From assembly GCA_965227515.1 (NCBI GenBank), contig CBDDFZ010000001.1, forward strand, positions 128,001 through 192,000: a stretch of DNA of 64,000 nt, given 5' to 3'. Positions within the stretch are counted from its first letter, which is position 1. Each line of letters starts with the position of its first letter. The notes beneath the pieces were generated by a model that made no database searches, was not told where the DNA came from, and saw only the letters and a list, made by a program, of their open reading frames with translations. The position numbers and the translations under genes were made by a program. Positions 33,393-43,158 of the stretch are shown here, one piece after another. Source of the DNA: Alphaproteobacteria bacterium. Lineage in GTDB: Bacteria; Pseudomonadota; Alphaproteobacteria; CALKHQ01.

Positions 33393-34229
33393 TCAAGACG
33401 CTTCGTCGGCTGCCTCGAACCAGTCGCGCGCCAGGTCGCCCCAGCCCGTTGTGAGCCCGTGGCCGCCCGGATGCAGGCAGAACTCGACGTCATGGCCGCT
33501 GCCGCACTCGTTCCAGATCCGGCACCAGTACAGGTCGCCCATCTCGATCGCATTCGGGTTGCTGCGGCACTGGTTGGTGGCGCGCAGCAGGGACAGCGAT
33601 TCGCCGACGTCGCCCTGGTGCCAGTCGCGGATGCCACGACCCTCCAGCGGCACCACGCCGTCCTCGAAGCCGTGAATGTGCAGCATGCGGAACGGCCCGC
33701 CGGGGCAGGTCTCCTCCGGTACCGGCCGCCTGAGCGCGCCGGAGATCGACACATAGCCCGCGAACCGGTCGCCAAGCTTGCAGCCCATCAGCCAGGCCAT
33801 CGAACCGCCGGCCGAGAACCCGCTGACCAGGATGTGGCGCTCGTCGACCGGGTAGGAGGCGATCACGCCCGCCATCACCGCCAGCGTGAAGGCGACATCG
33901 TCGCGCCCCACGCCGCCGGTATCGCGCGCCGGCCAGGCGCGGGTGGTGCGGCCCGGCATCATCGCGCCGTTGGGCGCCACCACCAGGTATCCGTGATCGC
34001 TGAACGCGGCGCGAATGCCGCTGCTGTTGACCACGCTGACGCCAGACGAGTTGTGCCCGTGATAGAACACCAGCACCGGCAGGGGCGTCTCGCCGTCCCA
34101 GCCGGCCGGGAACGACAGGTAGTACTCGCCCCCCTCCACCGTGCAGGGCGCATCGGCATTGCACGGCGTTTCCGCGATTGCCTGCAGCGGCCACATCGCC
34201 AGGATCGCGACAACGGTCATCCAGCGCAT
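33393..34229 (-). CDS. Secreted esterase, PHB depolymerase/LpqC-like family
   Basis: Signal peptide; FYHG, VAPNG, GFSAGG, HGFEDGVVP, HPGGH. Confidence 0.85.
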   Translation of the reverse strand: MRWMTVVAILAMWPLQAIAETPCNADAPCTVEGGEYYLSFPAGWDGETPLPVLVFYHGHNSSGVSVVNSSGIRAAFSDHGYLVVAPNGAMMPGRTTRAWPARDTGGVGRDDVAFTLAVMAGVIASYPVDERHILVSGFSAGGSMAWLMGCKLGDRFAGYVSISGALRRPVPEETCPGGPFRMLHIHGFEDGVVPLEGRGIRDWHQGDVGESLSLLRATNQCRSNPNAIEMGDLYWCRIWNECGSGHDVEFCLHPGGHGLTTGWGDLARDWFEAADEAS

Positions 34230-34377
34230 TGGGCGGATCCCCTCGGTTGGGTATAGTCGCCGGACGTTACACCATGGGCGCAGCACCCGGCCGTCCGCGC
34301 CCGCTCACATGGCAGTCACATATGCGCGATGGCCCGCCGGGCCGCCAATCGCTTCGTCGAACCGAGAGAACCCATAC

Positions 34378-35547
34378 ATGACCCAGTCGTCCGATCCCGC
34401 CGTCATTATGCCCGCCGATGCCGACCAGGCCACACTGCTGGTGCGGATATGGCGCCCCGCGCCAGTGGATGGCCCCAGCGTCGTCACGGTCAGGTCCGGG
34501 CAGGTTATCGACATCACGGCGACCTTCCCGACCTGTTCCGACGCGCTGGACGCTGGCGACCCGGCGGCCGCGGTGGCGGCGGCGGATGGCGAGACCGTCG
34601 GCTCGGTGGCGGACGTGCTGTCCGGGTCGGGCGGCCTGCGCCTGCTGGCGCCTTGCGATCTGCAGGCCCTGAAGGCGGCCGGCGTCACCTTCGTGAAGAG
34701 CATGCTGGAGCGCGTGATCGAGGAGCGGGCGGGCGGCGACGCCAATGCGGCCGAGGACATCCGACGCACCATCAACGCGGAGATCGGCACCGACATCGGC
34801 GCCGTGAAGCCCGGTTCGGCACAGGCCGAGAAGCTGAAGCAGAGCCTGATCGAGCGCGGGCTGTGGTCGCAGTACCTCGAGGTCGGCATCGGCCCCGACG
34901 CCGAGGTGTTCACCAAGTCGCCGCCGATGGCCGCGGTCGGCCATGGCGCGGAGGTCGGCCTGCACCCGCGCTCGAGCTGGAACAATCCGGAGCCCGAGAT
35001 CGTGCTGGCCATCAACAGCCGGGGCGAGACGGTGGGCGTCAGCCTGGGCAATGATGTCAACCTGCGCGACTTCGAGGGGCGCAGTGCGCTGTTGCTGGGC
35101 AAGGCGAAGGACAACAACGCAAGCTGCGCCATCGGCCCGTTCATCCGGCTGTTCGACAGCAGCTTCTCCATCGACGACGTGCGCAGCGCCGAGGTCGCGC
35201 TGACGGTCAGCGGCACCGACGGGTTCGAGTTGACCGGGCGCTCGTCGATCAGCGAGATCAGCCGCGACCCGCTGGACCTGGCCGCCCAGACCATCGGCGC
35301 CAACCACCAGTACCCGGACGGGGTGATGCTGTTCACCGGCACCATGTTCGCGCCGACCGAGGATCGTGGCGCGGCCGGCAAGGGCTTCACCCACAAGCTG
35401 GGCGACGTGGTCACCATCTCCAGCCCGCGCCTGGGCGCGCTCACCAACACGGTGACCCACAGCGACAAGGCGGCGCCCTGGACCTTCGGCACCCGCGCGC
35501 TGATGGCCAACCTCGCCCGGCGCGGCCTGCTAGTGTCCCGAATCTGA
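34378..35547 (+). CDS. Fumarylacetoacetate hydrolase family protein
   Basis: KAAGVTF..SMLERVIEE; WNNPEPE; GNDVNLRDFEGRSALLLGKAKD; last codons lie in the family A element. Confidence 0.9.
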   Translation: MTQSSDPAVIMPADADQATLLVRIWRPAPVDGPSVVTVRSGQVIDITATFPTCSDALDAGDPAAAVAAADGETVGSVADVLSGSGGLRLLAPCDLQALKAAGVTFVKSMLERVIEERAGGDANAAEDIRRTINAEIGTDIGAVKPGSAQAEKLKQSLIERGLWSQYLEVGIGPDAEVFTKSPPMAAVGHGAEVGLHPRSSWNNPEPEIVLAINSRGETVGVSLGNDVNLRDFEGRSALLLGKAKDNNASCAIGPFIRLFDSSFSIDDVRSAEVALTVSGTDGFELTGRSSISEISRDPLDLAAQTIGANHQYPDGVMLFTGTMFAPTEDRGAAGKGFTHKLGDVVTISSPRLGALTNTVTHSDKAAPWTFGTRALMANLARRGLLVSRI

Positions 35548-35695
35548 AGTTCGTAACAGTGTTTGCTGGCCTCAATCGAACTTCAGATTCGATTGGGACA
35601 CTAGCAAGTTATTGAATCTAGTGTGGTTTCTGGTTTCGAAGTTCGTCAAGATGGCTGCGGCGATAATCGGACGAACTTCGAATCCACCACACTAG
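35530..35695. mobile_element. Double-hairpin CTAG-bounded element (family A), copy 2 (inverted)
   Basis: Four CTAGs at 35530, 35601, 35618 and 35692; arms match the reverse complement of 21049-21212. Confidence 0.85.
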
Positions 35696-35880
35696 CCACG
35701 GATTGAGGCACACCTGACTGTGCCTTGTTCCGGGCCGCGTGACGTGATTTAACGCGCCAACCGTCGCGGGGGGCACGGCCAAGACGGTCTCGCCGCTCCG
35801 ACCTCAACGAAACGCGGTCCAATCGCTGCTGCGCCGGTACGCGGCACAGGCATGGGCGACCGACCGACGAGGGAGATCCC

Positions 35881-36783
35881 ATGCGTATGTTCGCGAAATC
35901 TATATTCGCCGCCACATTGCTGGGCGCGGCCGCCACGTCCGGCGCGTTCGCGCAGGAGGCGGACCAAGTGGTCGCCAGGGTCAACGGCATCGACGTCACG
36001 TTTGGCGATATTCAACTGTTCTATTCAGAGCTTCCCGAACAGTACCGGCAGTTGCCGTTCGAGATGCTGTACGAGAACCTGCTCGACAACGCGATCGACG
36101 GCGTGCTGCTACTGGAAGCCGCCAAGGCCGAGAGCCTGGACGAGGACCCGGACCTGCAGGCCGAGGTCGAGCGGTTCCGCGAGCGCACGATGCAGCGCCT
36201 CTATCTCGACAACGCCATGGACGCGGCGATCACCGACGAGCGCCTGCGCGAGATCTATGACGAGATGCTGGCCGGCATTCCGACGGAAGAGGAGATCAAG
36301 GCCCGTCACATCCTGCTGGAGAGCGAGGAAGACGCCCTGGCCGTGATCGCCGAGCTGGACGGCGGCGCGGACTTCGCCACCCTGGCGCAGGAGCAGTCCA
36401 CCGGCCCGTCCGGCCCGCAGGGCGGCGACCTGGGCTGGTTCACCCGCGGCCGCATGGTGCCGGAATTCGAGGAAGCCGCGTTCGCGCTGGAAACCGGCAG
36501 CTACTCCGCAGCACCGGTGCAGACCCAGTTCGGCTGGCACGTGATCCTGGTCGAGGAGCGCCGCGAGGTGCCGCCGCCGGCCTTCGAGGAAGTGCGCAGC
36601 CAGCTCGTCAACGAACTGAGCCAGGAAGTCGTCAATGACGTGCTGGCCGACCTGCGCGACGGCGTGGAGATCGAGAAGTTCGCCATGGACGGCACCCCGC
36701 TGGGCGAAGACGTGCCCGAGGATGGTGGCGAGGACGGTGGCGATGATGATGGCTCCGACGACGAGTCGGGCCCGGACGAGTAG
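35881..36783 (+). CDS. Parvulin-type peptidyl-prolyl isomerase (PrsA/PpiC-like)
   Basis: ARHIL, GGDLGWF, MVPEFEEAAF, TQFGWHVI; typical position upstream of argJ. Confidence 0.92.
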   Translation: MRMFAKSIFAATLLGAAATSGAFAQEADQVVARVNGIDVTFGDIQLFYSELPEQYRQLPFEMLYENLLDNAIDGVLLLEAAKAESLDEDPDLQAEVERFRERTMQRLYLDNAMDAAITDERLREIYDEMLAGIPTEEEIKARHILLESEEDALAVIAELDGGADFATLAQEQSTGPSGPQGGDLGWFTRGRMVPEFEEAAFALETGSYSAAPVQTQFGWHVILVEERREVPPPAFEEVRSQLVNELSQEVVNDVLADLRDGVEIEKFAMDGTPLGEDVPEDGGEDGGDDDGSDDESGPDE

Positions 36784-36804
36784 ACAGACGAGTAGACCAC
36801 GGCT

Positions 36805-38043
36805 ATGGCCAAGCACCTGCCGGTTTCGCCGCTGGCACCGGCCAGCACGCCTGAATTGCCGCCGATCGGTGGCGTCCGCCTGACCGCGGATGCCGCCGGC
36901 CTGCGCTATTCGGGCCGCCCGGACCTGACATTGGTGGCGCTGGACCCCGGCACCTCCGTTGCCGGCGTACTGACACAGTCGACCACCGCCGGGGCACCGG
37001 TGGACTGGTGCCGGCCGCGGATCCGTGGCGGCAGCGGCCGCGCGGTCGTCGTCAACGCCGGCAATGCCAACGTGATGACCGGCGAGACCGGCAAGGTGAC
37101 GGTGGAGCGCACCGCCGAGGCCGCGGCGGACATCGTAGGCTGCGCGCCGGACGAGGTGTTCATCGCGTCCACCGGCGTCATCGGCCAGCCGCTCTATGCC
37201 GACAAGATCGTCGCCGGGCTGCAGAAGATCGCGCCGTCGCTCTCCGATGACGGCTGGTCGCGTGCCTCGAACGCGATCATGACCACCGATACGTTCGCCA
37301 AGTGCGCCACCGCCACCGCCGAGATCGACGGCGTGCCGGTGCGCATCAACGGGTTCGCCAAGGGCAGCGGCATGATCCAGCCCAACATGGCGACCATGCT
37401 GGCGTTCCTGTTCACCGATGCCGCGGTTGCGCCGGGCGCATTGCAAGCGATGCTGAGCCACGCCAACGACCGCTCGTTCAACTGCGTCACGGTCGACAGC
37501 GACACCTCCACCAGCGACACCTGCCTGCTGTTCGCCACCGGCAAGGCCGGGCACAAGCCCATCGACGATGCCGGCGACCGGCGGGCGCGCGGGTTCCGCA
37601 GTGCGCTGGAGAAGGTGATGGTGGAGCTGGCGCAACTGATCGCCCGCGACGGCGAGGGCGCGCAGAAGTTCATCACCGTCAACGTGACCGGCGCCACCTC
37701 GCGCCAGGCGGCACGGCGGATCGCCATGTCGGTGGCGAACTCGCCCCTGGTGAAGACCGCGATTGCCGGCGAGGACGCCAATTGGGGCCGCATCGCGATG
37801 GCGGTCGGCAAGTGCGGCGAGAAGGCCGACCGCGAGACCCTGACCATCGCCATCGGCGGCGTGCCCATCGCCGAGGAGGGCGGCGTGCGCCCCGGCTATG
37901 ACGAGGCGCCGGTGCAGGCGCATATCGAGGGCCGCGAGGTCGACATCGACATCGACATCGGCATCGGCCGCGGCAAGGCCACGGTGTGGACCTGCGACCT
38001 GACACACGGCTACATCGACATCAACGCCGACTACCGGACCTGA
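36805..38043 (+). CDS. argJ: Bifunctional ornithine acetyltransferase / N-acetylglutamate synthase
   Basis: NAGNAN, STGVIG, IMTTDT, KGSGMIQPNMATML, DGEGA, DANWGR. Confidence 0.97.
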   Translation: MAKHLPVSPLAPASTPELPPIGGVRLTADAAGLRYSGRPDLTLVALDPGTSVAGVLTQSTTAGAPVDWCRPRIRGGSGRAVVVNAGNANVMTGETGKVTVERTAEAAADIVGCAPDEVFIASTGVIGQPLYADKIVAGLQKIAPSLSDDGWSRASNAIMTTDTFAKCATATAEIDGVPVRINGFAKGSGMIQPNMATMLAFLFTDAAVAPGALQAMLSHANDRSFNCVTVDSDTSTSDTCLLFATGKAGHKPIDDAGDRRARGFRSALEKVMVELAQLIARDGEGAQKFITVNVTGATSRQAARRIAMSVANSPLVKTAIAGEDANWGRIAMAVGKCGEKADRETLTIAIGGVPIAEEGGVRPGYDEAPVQAHIEGREVDIDIDIGIGRGKATVWTCDLTHGYIDINADYRT

Positions 38044-38047
38044 GCCG

Positions 38048-39025
38048 ATGACCGCGCCGGTGGACTGGATGCGGGTGGACTGGATCCCGTGGCGGACCGA
38101 GCGCCTGACCCTGCGGCTGCCGACCGAGGCCGACACCGACCTGATCGTCGCCGGGGCCAATGACCCCGAGGTCGCGCTGAAGACCGCCAATATCCCGCTC
38201 CCCTACGAGCGCCAGGACGCCGAGACCTTCATCGAGCTGTCGCGCGCCGGTTTCGAGAAGGGGCGCAGCCTGTCGCTGGTCGCCGCCGGGCGCGAGGACG
38301 ACCGCTTGATCGGCTGCGGCGGCCTGTTCGTCGACTGGCTGCGCAACTCCGGCGTGATCGGCTACTGGCTTGCCAAGCCGCATTGGGGCCAGGGCTATGG
38401 CAGCGAGATCGGCCGCGCCCTGGTCGAGATCGGGTTCGAGCGCCTGGGGCTGGAGCGCATGGAAGCGGCCGCCCTGCCCGACAACCCGGCATCGATCAGG
38501 GTGCAGGAAAAGCTCGGCATGCGCTATTTCATGAGCCGCACCGACGATGCGCCGGCACGCGACAAGCCGCAGCAGGTGGTGGTGCGCCAGGTGTTCCGCC
38601 GGGACTACCTGGCGACCACGGGGCGGGTGCCGACCGTGCTGGTCGCCGCGGTGGCGCTGATCGACCCCGACGGCCGGGTGCTGCTGGCGCAGCGGCCCGA
38701 GGGCAAGACCATGGCCGGCTTGTGGGAGTTCCCCGGCGGCAAGGTGCGGCCCGGCGAGACGCCGGAAGCGGCCCTGATCCGCGAGCTGGACGAGGAGCTG
38801 GATGTCGACACCAAGGAAAGCTGCCTCGCCCCCCTCAGTTTCGCCAGCCATCGCTACGACGACTTCCACCTGCTGATGCCGCTCTATGCCTGCCGCCGCT
38901 GGTGGCGCACGCCGCGCCCGTGCGAGGGCCAGGTCCTGAAATGGGTGCGGCCGCGCGACATGAAGGACTATCCCATGCCGCCGGCCGACAAGCCGCTGGT
39001 CGCGGTGCTGCGGGATTGGCTGTAG
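38048..39025 (+). CDS. mutT: RimJ/RimL-type GNAT fused to MutT (8-oxo-dGTP diphosphatase)
   Basis: N-term TERLTLR, GYWLAKPHWGQGYG, NPASIRVQEKLG; C-term Nudix box GGKVRPGETPEAALIRELDEEL, FHLLMPLY. Confidence 0.88.
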   Translation: MTAPVDWMRVDWIPWRTERLTLRLPTEADTDLIVAGANDPEVALKTANIPLPYERQDAETFIELSRAGFEKGRSLSLVAAGREDDRLIGCGGLFVDWLRNSGVIGYWLAKPHWGQGYGSEIGRALVEIGFERLGLERMEAAALPDNPASIRVQEKLGMRYFMSRTDDAPARDKPQQVVVRQVFRRDYLATTGRVPTVLVAAVALIDPDGRVLLAQRPEGKTMAGLWEFPGGKVRPGETPEAALIRELDEELDVDTKESCLAPLSFASHRYDDFHLLMPLYACRRWWRTPRPCEGQVLKWVRPRDMKDYPMPPADKPLVAVLRDWL

Positions 39026-39059
39026 TCTCATTGGCCGAACGACACATCGGTTCGCCGTC

Positions 39060-39938
39060 ATGTCCCAGCCCGAATTCCTGACCACGCGCGAAGTCGCCGA
39101 CCTGCTGCGGGTGAAGGAGCGCAAGGTCTATGAGCTGGCGTCGGCGGGCGAGTTGCCGTGCCGGCGGCTGACCGGCAAGCTGCTGTTCCCGCGCGCGGAA
39201 ATCGAGCACATGCTGCGCGGCGGTGACGGGCCGGCGGCACAGACGGCCGGCTCGCGACCGGGCGTACTGGTCGGCAGCCACGACCCGCTGCTGGAATGGG
39301 CCGCGCGGGAGGCCGGCAGCGGGCTCGCCGCGTTCTTCGACGGCAGCCTGGACGGGCTCGACCGGTTCGCCGGCGGCGAGGCGATTGCCTGCGGCATGCA
39401 CGTTTTCGAACAGTCGGACGGGTGGAACGTCAGCCACGTCAGCCGCCAGTGCGCCGATCAGCCGGCGGTGCTGGTGGAGTGGGCACGACGGCGGCAAGGG
39501 CTGATCGTCGGCGGCGGGGCGGCGGGCAGCATCCGCTCGGTCGGCGATCTGGCCGGGCGCACCGTCGCCCTGCGCCAGCCGACCGCCGGCGGGCGCATTC
39601 TGTTCGACCATCTGCTGGGTGCCGCGGGGCTGGCCGCCGATGCCCTGGAGGTACTGCCGGCCCCGGCGCGCACGGAGACCGACATCGCCGCCGCCGTCGC
39701 CAACGGATCGGCCGATGCCGCCCTGGGCCTGGAGGCGATGGCGCGCCAGTTCAGGCTCGACTTCGTGCCGCTGGTGGAGGAGCGCTTCGACCTGCTGGTC
39801 TGGCGCCAGGCCTGGTTCGAGCCGCCGATGCAGCGCCTGCTGGCGTTCTGCCGCACTCCGGCCTTCGCCGAGAAAGCGCGCGACCTGGGCGGCTACGATG
39901 TTTCCGGCCACGGCGCGGTGCACTGGAACGGGCCTTAG
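39060..39938 (+). CDS. Excisionase-type HTH + PBP-like (molybdate/tungstate) transcriptional regulator
   Basis: FLTTREVADLLRVKERKVY; GSHDPLLEW; GSLDGL; RRQGL; convergent with tupABC. Confidence 0.85.
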   Translation: MSQPEFLTTREVADLLRVKERKVYELASAGELPCRRLTGKLLFPRAEIEHMLRGGDGPAAQTAGSRPGVLVGSHDPLLEWAAREAGSGLAAFFDGSLDGLDRFAGGEAIACGMHVFEQSDGWNVSHVSRQCADQPAVLVEWARRRQGLIVGGGAAGSIRSVGDLAGRTVALRQPTAGGRILFDHLLGAAGLAADALEVLPAPARTETDIAAAVANGSADAALGLEAMARQFRLDFVPLVEERFDLLVWRQAWFEPPMQRLLAFCRTPAFAEKARDLGGYDVSGHGAVHWNGP

Positions 39939-39974
39939 GCCCTGATTGTCATAACGTGTCGCCTTCGCCACCCC

Positions 39975-40154
39975 TTCGTCATCCTCGGGCTTGTCCCGAG
40001 GATCCATCCTTGTCCAATGCGCAAGAAATCCGGTCGGTTGGGTAGGCCGATGTGGCAGCCGCCCTCAACTGGCCTTCTGCGGCAGCAACCCGCCAGAACT
40101 GGACATCGCGAGCCTTGCATCTGAATGGGCCCTCGCCACAAGGGCGAGGGCGAC
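39975..40154. repeat. Hybrid REP pair (family C)
   Basis: Left TTCGTCATCCTCGGGCTTGTCCCGAGGATCCAT; right ATGGGCCCTCGCCACAAGGGCGAGGGCGAC. Confidence 0.75.
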
Positions 40155-40173
40155 AAGTGATTATGATGATCCC

Positions 40174-40998
40174 TCACCCGCCCGCGGCGGCGTTGGGGAA
40201 GAACAGTTGCTCGCCCTCGATGGTGTAGGACGCAATCGCCGCCTGGCCGTCGCCCGACAGCACCCAGTCGACGAAGCGCTGGCCCAAATCGGACTTCACG
40301 TTCGCATGCACCTGCGGATTGACCAGGATGATGCCGTACTGGTTGAACAGCCGCCGGTCGCCCTCCACCGCGATGTGCTGGTCGCCCTTGTTGGCGAAGC
40401 TGATCCACGTCGCCCGGTCGCTCAGCACGTAGGCCCCCATCTCGGTCGCGATGTTGAGGGTGGCCCCCATGCCGGCACCGACCTCGCGGTACCAGCCGCC
40501 GGACCCGGCGGTGGGATCGATGCCGGCCTCGGCCCACAGCCGCATCTCCGCCTTGTGGGTGCCGCTGTCGTCGCCGCGCGAGGCGAACGGCGCCGCGGCC
40601 GCCGCGATGGCCTGCAACGCCACCACCGCGTCGTCGGAGCCGGCAACCGCCGCCGGGTCGCCAGCCGGGCCGACGATGACGAAGTCGTTGTACATCACGT
40701 CGAAACGCGCCACGCCCAGCCCGGCCGCCACGAACGCCTCCTCGTCGGGCCGCGAGTGCACCAGCAGCACGTCGCCGTCGCCATTGGCCGCGTTCTTGAT
40801 CGCCTGTCCGGTGCCGACCGCGACCACCCGCACCTCGATCCCGGTCTCGTCGGTGAACATCGGCAGGATATGGTCGAACAGGCCCGAATTCTGGGTCGAG
40901 GTGGTCGACTGCACGATGATGAAGTCGTCGTCGGCGTGCGCGGCATGGCCAAGTGCAATCAACGCGGTCGCAGCGATCAGGAATAGTCGGCGTAACAT
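40174..40998 (-). CDS. tupA: Tungstate ABC transporter substrate-binding protein
   Basis: STTSTQNSGL (TTTS-type signature), GTGQA, SRGDDSGTH, DRATW. Confidence 0.92.
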   Translation of the reverse strand: MLRRLFLIAATALIALGHAAHADDDFIIVQSTTSTQNSGLFDHILPMFTDETGIEVRVVAVGTGQAIKNAANGDGDVLLVHSRPDEEAFVAAGLGVARFDVMYNDFVIVGPAGDPAAVAGSDDAVVALQAIAAAAAPFASRGDDSGTHKAEMRLWAEAGIDPTAGSGGWYREVGAGMGATLNIATEMGAYVLSDRATWISFANKGDQHIAVEGDRRLFNQYGIILVNPQVHANVKSDLGQRFVDWVLSGDGQAAIASYTIEGEQLFFPNAAAGG

Positions 40999-41019
40999 CG
41001 GTGTCCCCCTCGGTTCGGT

Positions 41020-41790
41020 TCAGACGAGCAGGCGCCCGTCGAGATAGGCGCGGCCGGCGGCACTGGCCGGGCGGTCGAAGAATTCTGCGGCCGGCGAATG
41101 CTCGGTCACCCGGCCGCGGTGCAGGAACACCACGTCGCCGGCAATGCGCCGGGCCTGGCCGGCGTCGTGGGTGACCATCACCACCTTGGCGCCACGGGCC
41201 TGCGCGGCGGCGACAATGGCCTCGATGGCGGCGGTGGATTGCGGGTCCAGGTTCGCGGTCGGCTCGTCGAGCAGAAGGAGTTCCGGCTCCGACGCCAGTG
41301 CGCGGACGACAGCAAGCCGCTGCTGCTCGCCGCCGGAGAGTACGCGCGCCGGGCGGCGGCTCATCTCGCCGAGCTGAGCCAGCTCAAGCAGGCGGGCGAT
41401 GCGCCCGGCCCGCGCGGCGGACGGCACCCCGCTGGCCTTGAGCGCGTGGCCCAAATTGCCGGCGACCGACCGGCGCAACAGCACCGGGCGCTGGAACACC
41501 ATCGCCACACGGCGGCGCGCGCTCGACGGGCGCATGCCGCCGCCCCAGGCAATCGACCCCGCCGTCGGCTGGATCAGCCCCATGATCAGCCGCAGCATCA
41601 GGCTCTTGCCGGCGCCGTTCGCGCCCATCACCGCCGTCGGCGCACCGGCCGCAATCGTCAGGTCCAGGCCGTCGATCAGCCGCTTGCCATCGACCGCGTA
41701 GGCCAGCCCGCGCAATGCCACCGGCAGGACCGAGCGGGCATCGGCGGGCGGCGGGACGTGGCTGTCGAACGGCATCGCGCGGTCAGCCAT
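41020..41790 (-). CDS. tupC: Tungstate ABC transporter ATPase
   Basis: GANGAGKS, LSGGEQQR, LDEPTANLDP; lies between tupB and tupA. Confidence 0.88.
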   Translation of the reverse strand: MADRAMPFDSHVPPPADARSVLPVALRGLAYAVDGKRLIDGLDLTIAAGAPTAVMGANGAGKSLMLRLIMGLIQPTAGSIAWGGGMRPSSARRRVAMVFQRPVLLRRSVAGNLGHALKASGVPSAARAGRIARLLELAQLGEMSRRPARVLSGGEQQRLAVVRALASEPELLLLDEPTANLDPQSTAAIEAIVAAAQARGAKVVMVTHDAGQARRIAGDVVFLHRGRVTEHSPAAEFFDRPASAAGRAYLDGRLLV

Positions 41791-42490
41791 AGGCCGGGCG
41801 CGCGGTGCCGCGCCCCAGCGCCATCACCAGGCCGTTCACCGCCAGCGCGATCACGATCAGCACGACGCCAAGTCCGACGGCGAGCCCCAGATTGCCCTTC
41901 GAGGTCTCCAACGCGATGGTGGTGGTCATCACCCGCGTCACATGGTCGATGTTGCCGCCGACGATGATGACCGCCCCGACCTCGGCAATGGCACGGCCGA
42001 ACCCGGCCAGCGCCGCCGTCATCAACGGTGTGCGCGCGTCCCACAACAGGGTCGGCACCTGGCGCAGCGGGCCGATGCCCATGGCGCGGAGCTGCTCGTC
42101 GTACTCGGCGTGCATGGCGGCGATGACCTGGCGCGACAGCGCGACCACGATCGGCGTCACCAGGATCGCCTGGGCCACGATCATCGCGGTCGGCGTGTAG
42201 AGGAGCTGCAGCACGCCCAGCGGGCCGGCATTCGACAGCAAAAGGTAGACGCCGAGCCCGACCACCACTGGCGGCAGGCCCATAAGCGCGTTGAACACCA
42301 CCACAAGCGCGGTGCGGCCCGGGAAGCGCGCCACCGCCAGCAGCGCGCCGACCGGCATGCCGATGACGCACGCCACCGCGACCGCTGTCAACGTCACCCT
42401 GAGCGACAGCGCGACGATCTCCATGAGGTCGGCGTCGCCCGTGAAGATCAGGCTGAAAGCCGTGCCGAATGCCGCTCCGAAGTCCTGCAT
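41783..42490 (-). CDS. tupB: Tungstate ABC transporter permease
   Basis: MGLPPVVVGL; FGRAIAEVGAVIIVGGNI; TRVMTTTIALETSKG. Confidence 0.92.
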   Translation of the reverse strand: MQDFGAAFGTAFSLIFTGDADLMEIVALSLRVTLTAVAVACVIGMPVGALLAVARFPGRTALVVVFNALMGLPPVVVGLGVYLLLSNAGPLGVLQLLYTPTAMIVAQAILVTPIVVALSRQVIAAMHAEYDEQLRAMGIGPLRQVPTLLWDARTPLMTAALAGFGRAIAEVGAVIIVGGNIDHVTRVMTTTIALETSKGNLGLAVGLGVVLIVIALAVNGLVMALGRGTARPAYG

Positions 42491-42679
42491 GGGCGCATTC
42501 TGTGCGCCATGGCTGGAGAAAACAACACAGAACGCATAATTACGACACAGCCTTCCGCTTGGTTGCCACAGGGGTCGGTGAAATGCGGCGAAGCGGCGCG
42601 GTCACCGCCGTCGACGGGCGGCACGCAACGCGAAATAGTTGCCGGCAAGCCACTCAACCAGACTGGAGGCCTGCGGGCG

Positions 42680-43024
42680 ATGCACAAGGACTGGACCGAA
42701 CTGACCGCAACCCTGTCCGCCGCGATGGCGGAGACCCGCAAGGGCATTCCGGAGACCACCAAGGCGTTCGGCGCGCTGGCCCAGGCCGCCACCGCGTCCG
42801 GCGCGCTCGATACCAAGACCAAGGAGCTGATCGCGCTCGCCATCTCCGTCGCGGTCCGCTGCGACGGCTGCGTCGGCTTCCACGCCAAGGCAGCGTGCAA
42901 GCAGAACGCCTCGCGCCAGGAGGTGCTGGAGACGATCGGGATGGCGATCTACATGGGCGGCGGGCCGTCGTTCATCTACGGCGCCCAGGCGCTGGAGGCG
43001 TTCGACCAGTTCAGCGACGGCTGA
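42680..43024 (+). CDS. Carboxymuconolactone decarboxylase / AhpD family protein
   Basis: GALDTKTKELIALA; CDGC..FH; MGGGPS; GGAGG RBS. Confidence 0.9.
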   Translation: MHKDWTELTATLSAAMAETRKGIPETTKAFGALAQAATASGALDTKTKELIALAISVAVRCDGCVGFHAKAACKQNASRQEVLETIGMAIYMGGGPSFIYGAQALEAFDQFSDG

Positions 43025-43031
43025 GGTGGGA

Positions 43032-43158
43032 GTTGGCGTGGCGGCTACTCAGACGGCCGCCAGGAATATGGTGAAGCCGCCCGGACAAGCTCCAAACTAT
43101 TTGAGCGGTCGGCAAAGTAGGGTTGGCGTGGCGGCTACTTTGACGACCGCCGGAAATA

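Noticed and set aside
39060-39240. Excisionase-like HTH as a prophage or integrative-element marker
   Set aside because: Fused to a PBP-like domain beside tupABC; no integrase or phage gene in the window
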